From positions 6,158 to 70,157 of the forward strand of contig CACIJX010000002.1 in NCBI GenBank assembly GCA_902587085.1: a DNA stretch of 64,000 nt. The letters run 5' to 3'. Positions 26,950 through 34,017 of the stretch are shown piece after piece. The stretch's first letter is position 1. Every line of letters starts with the position of its first letter. The DNA comes from an uncultured Pelagibacteraceae bacterium (GTDB lineage: Bacteria; Pseudomonadota; Alphaproteobacteria; Pelagibacterales; Pelagibacteraceae). The position numbers and the translations under genes were made by a program. Under the pieces are notes generated by a model. It was not told the DNA's origin. It ran no database searches and saw only the letters and a program-made list of their open reading frames with translations.

Positions 26950-29083
26950 ATTTTTTTTCCAATCTTCTTTTGTGAAGTAGAGGCTCAGTGTATCCGGATG
27001 GCTGAATTCTGCCTTTAAAAATTAAATCACAAGCTGTTAAAAAAGCTTTTGATTTTTCAAAATTTGAAGACATAGGCTCATATTTTTTATCAGAACTGTT
27101 CTGTTCATCTACTGTTTTAGCCATTTTTTTTAACACCTTCAGTACTTGGTCCTTTGAGCATATATTATGATGTAACCAATTTGCGATATGTTGAGATGAA
27201 ATTCTAAGTGTAGCTCTATCTTCCATTAAACCAATATTATTAATGTCAGGTACTTTTGAACAGCCCACACCCTGATCAATCCACCTTACGACATAACCCA
27301 AAATACCCTGTACATTGTTTTCAAGTTCTTTGTTTATGTCTTCCAAAGACCAATTAGGTCTGTCAGCTTTAGGTATTTCAAGTAAGTTTGATAATTTTGC
27401 CTTTTCTCTAGTTTTTAACTCATTTTGTTTTTTGAAAACATCAAGATAATGGTAATGAGTTGCATGAAGAGTAGCTGCCGTTGGAGATGGCACCCAAGCA
27501 CAATTAGCTCCAGATTTCGGGTGATTAATTTTTTGTTTCATCATATCGGACATTTTATCTGGCATAGCCCACATACCTTTTCCTATTTGAGCTTTACCGG
27601 AAAAACCACATGATAAACCAATATCCACATTCCAATCTTCGTAAGTATTTAGCCACTTAGATTTTTTCATATCCCCTTTGAAAATCATAGGACCCGCTTC
27701 AAAGGAAGTATGCATCTCATCCCCAGTTCTATCTAAAAATCCAGTATTTATAAAAACAACTCTTTCCTTAACTTTCCTTATACATTCTTTTAAATTTACA
27801 GTGGTCCTTCTCTCTTCATCCATTATTCCAACTTTAATTGAATATTTTTTTAATTTTAAAGCATCTTCTACTTTTGAAAATAAATTATTAGTAAACTCAA
27901 CTTCTTCGGGGCCATGCATTTTAGGCTTGACTATATAAACTGATTTTTTTCTGGAATTATTATTTAATTTAAAGTCATGTATTGCACATAAAGTAGATAC
28001 AAAAGCATCCATAATTCCTTCAGGAATTTCAGATCCATCTTTTAAGATTATGGCAGGATTAGTCATTAAATGACCTACATTTCTATTGAGTAGCAAAGCT
28101 CTGCCATGCAAAACTAATTTAGAACCATCTGGTCTTATATAATTTCTGTCAGAATTTAATTTCCTAGTAAATGTTTTTCCATTTTTATTAACTTGAGTTT
28201 TTAAATCGCCCTTCATTAAACCAAGCCAATTTTTATAACATTTTACCTTATCAATAGAGTCTACAGCTGCAACAGAATCCTCATTATCTACAATTGTAGA
28301 TATTGCTGATTCAATAATTATATCAGAGATTCCGGCTTTATCAATTTTTCCAATTTTACTATTTTTATCGATGATAATATCAATATGTAAGTTGTTATTT
28401 TTAAATAATAAAGATTTTGGATTATTTATTTCACCACAAAAACCAGCAAATTGATTTTTGTTTTTTAGATTATATTTTTTATCACCTGTTAAAAAAACTA
28501 AATTACTATCTTCAATCTTTATTTTGGATATTTTTTTCCAACTAATTTTTTCAATTGGAAGAGTTTTATCAAAAAATTCCCTTACATAATTTATCACCTT
28601 AATTGCTCTATCTTGACTCCAACTGTTTCCTTTATCTCCAGGTATTACATCGGTACCATAAATTGCATCATACAAACTACCCCATCTGGCATTTGCAGCA
28701 TTCAATGCGTATCTTGCATTATCAACAGGCACAACTAATTGTGGTCCGGCTACAGATGAGATTTCTTCATCAACGTTTGATGTATTGATTTTAAAACTAT
28801 CTTTTTCTTCTACAATGTAATTTATAGATCTCAAGAATTCTGCATATTTATTTTTATCCAAAACGGTGTCTTTATTTGATAAATGCCAGTCATCAATTTT
28901 TTTTTGTATTTCATCTCTTTTTTTAATTAAATTTTTATTTATCGGAGCTAATTCGTAAACTACTTTGCTAAACTCTTTCCAAAAATGATCTTTATCCAAA
29001 TCAGTTCCTGGAATAGCATCCTCATTTATGAATTTAACAAGATTCTCATCTATCTTTAAATTATTTATGGTTATTTTTTTCAT
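26939..29083 (-). CDS. glcB: malate synthase G
   Basis: 714 aa, the length and sequence of the GlcB type. Confidence 0.9.
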   Translation of the reverse strand: MKKITINNLKIDENLVKFINEDAIPGTDLDKDHFWKEFSKVVYELAPINKNLIKKRDEIQKKIDDWHLSNKDTVLDKNKYAEFLRSINYIVEEKDSFKINTSNVDEEISSVAGPQLVVPVDNARYALNAANARWGSLYDAIYGTDVIPGDKGNSWSQDRAIKVINYVREFFDKTLPIEKISWKKISKIKIEDSNLVFLTGDKKYNLKNKNQFAGFCGEINNPKSLLFKNNNLHIDIIIDKNSKIGKIDKAGISDIIIESAISTIVDNEDSVAAVDSIDKVKCYKNWLGLMKGDLKTQVNKNGKTFTRKLNSDRNYIRPDGSKLVLHGRALLLNRNVGHLMTNPAIILKDGSEIPEGIMDAFVSTLCAIHDFKLNNNSRKKSVYIVKPKMHGPEEVEFTNNLFSKVEDALKLKKYSIKVGIMDEERRTTVNLKECIRKVKERVVFINTGFLDRTGDEMHTSFEAGPMIFKGDMKKSKWLNTYEDWNVDIGLSCGFSGKAQIGKGMWAMPDKMSDMMKQKINHPKSGANCAWVPSPTAATLHATHYHYLDVFKKQNELKTREKAKLSNLLEIPKADRPNWSLEDINKELENNVQGILGYVVRWIDQGVGCSKVPDINNIGLMEDRATLRISSQHIANWLHHNICSKDQVLKVLKKMAKTVDEQNSSDKKYEPMSSNFEKSKAFLTACDLIFKGRIQPSGYTEPLLHKRRLEKKSIH

Positions 29084-29183
29084 TCTGGTTACAATACACT
29101 AAATATTATGCAATATAGCAAGAATTTATTGACACATTTGAAATTTATTAAGATTAATAATATTGTTTCAATAATCAAAATTT

Positions 29184-30293
29184 ATGAAAAATTATCTTGA
29201 GTTTGAAAAAGAAATAAAATCATTGGAGGAAAATTTAGAAAAATCTAAGAATCCATTTGATAAAGATGGTATATCCCAAGTTGATACTGCTAAAATAGAA
29301 AAAATTCAGGAAGAAATTAACGATAAATTAAAATCGACTTATTCAGCTTTAAACAGTTGGCAAAAAACTATGGTTGCGAGACACGAGGATAGGCCGAGAG
29401 CTAATTTTTACATAAAAGAGATATTTTCAGATTTTACTTTATTATCCGGAGATAGACTTTTTGCAGACGACAGATCATTAACAGCAGGTTTTGGTGTAAT
29501 TGAAAATAAATCAGTTTTAATATTAGGACAGGAAAAGGGTGAAGATCTCAATAGTAGAATGGATAGAAATTTTGGAATGATGAAACCTGAGGGTTATCGA
29601 AAATCCATAAGACTTATGAGGCTCGCAGACAGATTTAAAATTCCAGTAATTACTTTCATAGATACTCCAGGAGCATATCCAGGAATTGGAGCCGAGCAAA
29701 GGGGGCAAGCTATTGCAATTGCTAATTCAATAGAATGCTGTATGTCGCTGAAGGTTCCAAACATTTCAATAATAATTGGAGAGGGCGGGTCTGGAGGTGC
29801 AATAGCTTTAGCTTCTTCAAATAAAGTTATAATGTTAGAACATTCTATTTATTCGGTTATATCACCTGAGGGATGTGCCTCAATTTTATGGAGAGACCCA
29901 AGCAAATCATTAGAAGCAGCTTCTGCAATGAAATTAACATCTAAAGAACTTTTAAATTTAGGAATTGTAGATGAAGTCATAGATGAGCCTATTGGTGGCG
30001 CACACCGAGATAATAGAGAAATGGCAATTCAAATTAAGAAATCTATAATTGATAATCTCAAAAGCTTTGAAAATTTATCTGGTGAAGAGATTTTTAATCA
30101 AAGAAAATCTAGATTTTTGAAAATTGGTAGAGATAAAGGTTTTAAAAAACCATCAGAGAAATTTAGTGAAAAATTAGCCTACGTTCAGCCTTCCTACTCT
30201 AAAATAGTTAGTTTCCTTGAAGCAAGAAAAAATTTGCTTATAACTACAATAGTTATATTGGCAACCATTATGCTATTAAGTGTTTTCCTGTAG
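29184..30293 (+). CDS. accA: acetyl-CoA carboxylase carboxyltransferase alpha subunit with ~54-aa C-terminal extension ending in a hydrophobic segment
   Basis: The AccA core runs to about residue 315 (..RKSRFLKIG). The tail then ends in NLLITTIVILATIMLLSVFL. Confidence 0.85.
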   Translation: MKNYLEFEKEIKSLEENLEKSKNPFDKDGISQVDTAKIEKIQEEINDKLKSTYSALNSWQKTMVARHEDRPRANFYIKEIFSDFTLLSGDRLFADDRSLTAGFGVIENKSVLILGQEKGEDLNSRMDRNFGMMKPEGYRKSIRLMRLADRFKIPVITFIDTPGAYPGIGAEQRGQAIAIANSIECCMSLKVPNISIIIGEGGSGGAIALASSNKVIMLEHSIYSVISPEGCASILWRDPSKSLEAASAMKLTSKELLNLGIVDEVIDEPIGGAHRDNREMAIQIKKSIIDNLKSFENLSGEEIFNQRKSRFLKIGRDKGFKKPSEKFSEKLAYVQPSYSKIVSFLEARKNLLITTIVILATIMLLSVFL

Positions 30294-30341
30294 TAAATAG
30301 GCAATTTTATTAATTTTTTTATTTAAATGATAATCATTCTC

Positions 30342-30370
30342 TTGACATTTAATGCATAAATCTATTTAAG
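30342..30370 (+). promoter_or_regulatory. candidate promoter for the cold-shock gene (TTGACA then AT-rich -10 candidates TATTTA/TTTAAG)
   Basis: A perfect -35 TTGACA lies at 30342..30347. The -10 assignment is ambiguous. Confidence 0.35.
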
Positions 30371-30425
30371 GGCAATATTAGTAAATTTTACTAATGTAAC
30401 GTTAATAAACAAGTAAGGAAGAAAA

Positions 30426-30635
30426 ATGAGTCTAAAAGGTAAAGTAAAGTGGTTCAATGGAACTAAAGGATATGGTTTTATTGAAAGAGAAGATAAAGAA
30501 AAGGACGTTTTCGTTCATTCTTCAGCAGTAAGAGCAGCCGGTTTAAAATACTTAAACGAAGGTGATGAGCTTACTTTTGATGTAGAGAACGGAGAAAAAG
30601 GACCTGCCGCGGTAAATCTACAGAAAACATCTTAA
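30426..30635 (+). CDS. cspA: cold-shock protein (CspA family)
   Basis: 69 aa with RNP1 KGYGFI and RNP2 VFVH motifs. Confidence 0.9.
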   Translation: MSLKGKVKWFNGTKGYGFIEREDKEKDVFVHSSAVRAAGLKYLNEGDELTFDVENGEKGPAAVNLQKTS

Positions 30636-30662
30636 ATCTTATTACCAGCAATACAATTAATT

Positions 30663-30706
30663 GGGGCGAGGACTGAGATCTAAGTTTTTGCCCCAGTAAT
30701 CTGGGG
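30663..30706 (+). terminator. two mutually exclusive GC-rich hairpins downstream of csp (possible terminator/read-through switch)
   Basis: Hairpin 1 pairs GGGGC (30663..30667) with GCCCC (30690..30694). Hairpin 2 pairs CCCCAG (30691..30696) with CTGGGG (30701..30706). Both need the same CCCC, and a T-rich tract follows only after about 8 nt. Confidence 0.4.
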
Positions 30707-30742
30707 TTGCAATATATTTTTAATTTGTTAAAAGAACTAGAA

Positions 30743-30817
30743 ATGTTAACAAAAAAAAACATCTCTAAATCTCACACACACTCCCACAGAGTGCACGCTA
30801 GGCTATTGCTTAGCTAA
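30743..30817 (+). CDS. hypothetical 24-codon His-rich leader ORF (MLTKKNISKSHTHSHRVHARLLLS)
   Basis: Hand-translated and below the ORF-track length cutoff. Four CAC codons fall within eight codons (30773..30796). The stop lies just after a 7-bp hairpin, GCTAGGC-TATT-GCTTAGC (30797..30814). The ORF sits upstream of tRNA-His-hisS-hisZ-hisG, and its SD is weak. Confidence 0.25.
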   Translation: MLTKKNISKSHTHSHRVHARLLLS

Positions 30818-30862
30818 ATCACTACATATTTAAAATATAATTTTATAAACAATTAATATAAA

Positions 30863-30868
30863 AAGGAG
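30863..30868 (+). promoter_or_regulatory. strong Shine-Dalgarno-like AAGGAG located 4 nt upstream of the tRNA-His 5' end
   Basis: The same hexamer serves groES and groEL in this window. Here the only nearby ATG (30871) is 2 nt away and opens a 3-codon ORF inside the tRNA. Confidence 0.3.
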
Positions 30869-30872
30869 TTAT

Positions 30873-30949
30873 GCAGCAGTAGCTCAGTTGGTTAGAGCAC
30901 TAGTTTGTGGAACTAGGGGTCGGTGGTTCGAATCCACCCTGCTGTACCA
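30873..30949 (+). tRNA. tRNA-His (anticodon GTG), CCA encoded, no encoded G-1, G1:U72, A73
   Basis: Hand-folded 77-nt cloverleaf. Acceptor GCAGCAG/CTGCTGT, D stem GCTC/GAGC, anticodon stem CTAGT/ACTAG with loop TTGTGGA, T arm GGTGG-TTCGAAT-CCACC, then ACCA. Confidence 0.92.
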
Positions 30950-30953
30950 AAAA

Positions 30954-32288
30954 ATGGTAAAAGATAAAAAAACAAAACCTTCTAAAGAATTACCATTAGG
31001 TTTTGTAGATAGACAAGAAAAAGAATTATTAATCCGTGATTTTGTAATTTCTAATATTAAAGAAGTTATGATTAAATACGGTTTTCAATATCTCGAAACG
31101 CCTAGCTTCGAGTATACGGATAGTATTGGAAAATTTTTACCTGATAAGGAAAGGCCAGATTCTGGAGTATTTTCTTTTAAAGATGAAAATAAATGGATGT
31201 CGCTTCGTTACGATCTCACTGCTCCTCTAGCAAGATATGTTGCAAAAAATTATCTTGAAATACCGAAACCATTTAAACGTTACCAATTAGGCTCTGTGTG
31301 GAGAAATGAGAAACCTGGACCAGGAAGATTTAGAGAATTTTTACAATTTGACGCTGATTATGTGGGAACAAAAAATTTACAAGCAGATGCAGAGCTATGT
31401 GTATTAATATCTGAGATATTAGAAAAGTGCGGTTTAAATAAAAAAGATTATACTGTAAAAATTTCTTCTAGAAAATTTACAAATAGATTATTTGAAAAGT
31501 TAAAAATTACATCAGAAGAGCAAATCTCCACCACGCTAAGAGCTCTTGATAAAATCGATAGACTTGGTTGGCAAGAGGCAAAAAAGCTCCTTGGAGAAGG
31601 TCGAAAAGATAAATCAGGAGATTATACAAAGGGAGCAAACCTTAGAAGTGATCAGATTAAAACAATCGAATCCGCTTTGCAAGAAAAAGTTCCTGATAGC
31701 GAAGATGTTTTAGAAATTTTAAAAATATTTGAAGCTTATAATTTTAAGAATTATAAATTTGATCCATCGGTTATCAGAGGATTAGAATATTATACAGGAC
31801 CCATTTTTGAAGTTAATTTAAATTTTGAAGTAAAAAATTCAAAAGGACAAACCATTCAATTTGGATCAATAGGTGGAGGCGGAAGATACGATAACCTTGT
31901 AAGTAATTTTGGAAGTTTAGATTGTCCCGCAACTGGAATATCAATTGGTCTAGACAGACTTGTATTCGCCTTAATGCAGAAAAAAGATTTTAAAATAAAG
32001 TCTACACGACCAATCATTATATGTGTTTTTGATAAAGATAAAATTAAGCAATATGTAGATATACTTAATAAACTTAGAACCTCGAATATAAGCTCAGAGA
32101 TCTACCCGGGAGAAGGTAAGTTAAAAAAACAAATGGAATATGCAAATAAGATAGGATCTCCAGCTGTTATCTTATATGGAGATAACGAAATAAAATCAGG
32201 AAAAGTGACTTTAAAAAATCTTGAAAATGGAAATGAAAGCTCAGTTAAAATAGAGGAATTGGTAAATGAAATCAAAAAATTATTCTGA
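30954..32288 (+). CDS. hisS: histidyl-tRNA synthetase
   Basis: The track ORF (30888) begins inside the tRNA. The first ATG at 30954 gives MVKDKKTKPSKELPLGFVDR.., and the conserved N-terminal region (LPLGFxD) requires this start. Class II motifs are present (..FREFLQFDAD.., ..GGGRYDNL..). Confidence 0.9.
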   Translation: MVKDKKTKPSKELPLGFVDRQEKELLIRDFVISNIKEVMIKYGFQYLETPSFEYTDSIGKFLPDKERPDSGVFSFKDENKWMSLRYDLTAPLARYVAKNYLEIPKPFKRYQLGSVWRNEKPGPGRFREFLQFDADYVGTKNLQADAELCVLISEILEKCGLNKKDYTVKISSRKFTNRLFEKLKITSEEQISTTLRALDKIDRLGWQEAKKLLGEGRKDKSGDYTKGANLRSDQIKTIESALQEKVPDSEDVLEILKIFEAYNFKNYKFDPSVIRGLEYYTGPIFEVNLNFEVKNSKGQTIQFGSIGGGGRYDNLVSNFGSLDCPATGISIGLDRLVFALMQKKDFKIKSTRPIIICVFDKDKIKQYVDILNKLRTSNISSEIYPGEGKLKKQMEYANKIGSPAVILYGDNEIKSGKVTLKNLENGNESSVKIEELVNEIKKLF

Positions 32289-33318
32289 AAATATAATAAA
32301 AGTATTTAAGAAAGATGGTTTTGTTTTATCAGAACCAGATGTTCTTTTAGACTCAGATTATATAATCGAAAGATCTGGTGAGAATTTTAGGAAGATAATG
32401 CTAACTTTTGAGGACGATACCGGGAAAAGCATGTGTTTAAGACCAGATTTGACAGTTGCTTCGTGTATCAAATATTTGAAAGACAATTCTAAAGCAAACT
32501 CAAAAATATATTATTCTGGACAAGCTTACAGACGCTCAAAAAATTTAAAAGATAAAGTTATCAATTATCAAATAGGAGTAGAAATTTTTGGATCAAAAAA
32601 TAAGTCTATCGATGATTTAAAAGTTTTAAAAACAATTACTAATTCAATCAATAAAATAAAAGTTAAAAATACATCAATTAAAGTCGGTGATGTTAGTTTA
32701 TTCAAAAATTTAATCGAGTCTTTAAAAATACCTGAGAGATGGAGATTGAGATTAAAAAGACACTTTTGGAGACCACAATATTTTCAGGATTTACTTGATA
32801 GACTTGAAACAAATTCAGACGTTGATCCTACTACAGTTGAACTAGATAAGAAAAAATTTTTTAAAATGAAAAATATTGATCAAAACAAAGAAATCGCAAA
32901 CCGTAAGGTTTCAGAAATTATAACTAGATTTGATAGAAAAATTAAAGATCCAAGATCATTTAAAGAAAATAAAAAAACCGTAAAAATTATTAAAGATTTT
33001 TTAAAGATCAATTGTCCTATAGAAAATTTAGAAAAAACATTAAATAATTTTACTAACAAAAATAACTTAGGGAAAAATATTTTTAGAGACATATCGAGTT
33101 TAAAAAACTTATCAAAACTAAATTCAAAAATAATTTTCTCGACTAATTTTGGAAGGGATATTGAATATTATTCGGGATTAGTTTTTGAGATATATAATTC
33201 CTCAAAAAAAGAAATTGCAAGGGGAGGAAGATACGATGGTTTATTAAAAAGCCTTGGATCAAAGAAAAATATTTCAGCGGTTGGAGCAGCAATAAATTTA
33301 AACAATTTAAAGATATGA
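32266..33318 (+). CDS. hisZ: ATP phosphoribosyltransferase regulatory subunit (HisRS paralogue)
   Basis: 350-aa HisS-like protein without an anticodon-binding domain (..GGRYDGL..). It lies between hisS and a short-form hisG. Confidence 0.8.
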   Translation: MKSKNYSENIIKVFKKDGFVLSEPDVLLDSDYIIERSGENFRKIMLTFEDDTGKSMCLRPDLTVASCIKYLKDNSKANSKIYYSGQAYRRSKNLKDKVINYQIGVEIFGSKNKSIDDLKVLKTITNSINKIKVKNTSIKVGDVSLFKNLIESLKIPERWRLRLKRHFWRPQYFQDLLDRLETNSDVDPTTVELDKKKFFKMKNIDQNKEIANRKVSEIITRFDRKIKDPRSFKENKKTVKIIKDFLKINCPIENLEKTLNNFTNKNNLGKNIFRDISSLKNLSKLNSKIIFSTNFGRDIEYYSGLVFEIYNSSKKEIARGGRYDGLLKSLGSKKNISAVGAAINLNNLKI

Positions 33319-33986
33319 AAAATATAATAACAGTAGGACTACCGAGCAAAGGAAGATTACGAGAAGGAGCAATAGATTTTTTTAAAAAAAATAATTATAA
33401 CCTTACCTCAAATGGCGGTGAAAGAAATTATTTTGCGGATGTTGAAAATTTTCCGAATATAAAAATCATTTATTTACATGCAAAGGAAATTATTCAAAGA
33501 CTTGGTGATGGCACACTTGATATAGGAATTTCAGGCTTAGATCTTTTAAATGAGTCGTCATCAAACTTAAAGAATAAAATTGAGGTTAATAAAAAATTAG
33601 ATTTTGGTTCAGCAAATGTTGTGATTGCTATTCCTGATGATTGGATTGATGTTCAAACTGTTGCAGATTTAGAAGAAGTATCTTTTGACTTTAGAGACAA
33701 AAAGAATACGAGATTAAGAGTTGCAACCAAATATCCCAATTTAACAAATACTTTTCTTGTTTCTAAAGGTGTTACACAATACAAATTAGTCCCCAGTCTT
33801 GGCGCAACTGAAACTTACCCATTCATTGGCTCATCAGAAATTATTACAGATATAACTTCAACTGGAAAAACACTAAAAGATAATAATCTTAGAGTTTTAA
33901 AAGATGGTTTAATTCTTCAATCAAAAGCATGTTTGTTGGTTGCTAAAAAATCTTCAAAAAAAGTAAAGTCATTGAAAATTTTTTAA
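33315..33986 (+). CDS. hisG: ATP phosphoribosyltransferase, short form
   Basis: 223 aa. Its start forms an ATGA overlap with hisZ. Confidence 0.85.
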   Translation: MKNIITVGLPSKGRLREGAIDFFKKNNYNLTSNGGERNYFADVENFPNIKIIYLHAKEIIQRLGDGTLDIGISGLDLLNESSSNLKNKIEVNKKLDFGSANVVIAIPDDWIDVQTVADLEEVSFDFRDKKNTRLRVATKYPNLTNTFLVSKGVTQYKLVPSLGATETYPFIGSSEIITDITSTGKTLKDNNLRVLKDGLILQSKACLLVAKKSSKKVKSLKIF

Positions 33987-34017
33987 ATTGGGTGTAGAAG
34001 TCAACTCTTTTATTCAA

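Noticed and set aside
29084-29183. Glycine riboswitch expected upstream of malate synthase glcB, as reported for Pelagibacter ubique (Tripp et al. 2009)
   Set aside because: The 100-bp glcB-accA spacer is uniformly AT-rich. It contains none of the conserved GC-rich glycine aptamer elements (for example ACCGAAGGGGCAA-type cores), and it is too short for a tandem aptamer. I cannot exclude a riboswitch recognisable only with a covariance model.
30771-30781. (CA)n microsatellite
   Set aside because: It is only about 4-5 units long and embedded in the candidate His leader. It is noted there as a caveat rather than reported as a separate repeat feature.
30871-30882. Mini-ORF ATG-CAG-CAG-TAG directly after the AAGGAG hexamer
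   Set aside because: The SD-to-ATG spacing is only 2 nt, the ORF has three codons, and it lies inside the tRNA acceptor and D arms. It is more likely incidental. The hexamer is discussed instead as a possible bridged SD for hisS.
30888-30953. N-terminal 22 codons of the track ORF for hisS (MVRALVCGTRGRWFESTLLYQK)
   Set aside because: This stretch is the tRNA-His gene read as protein. Translation almost certainly starts at ATG 30954.
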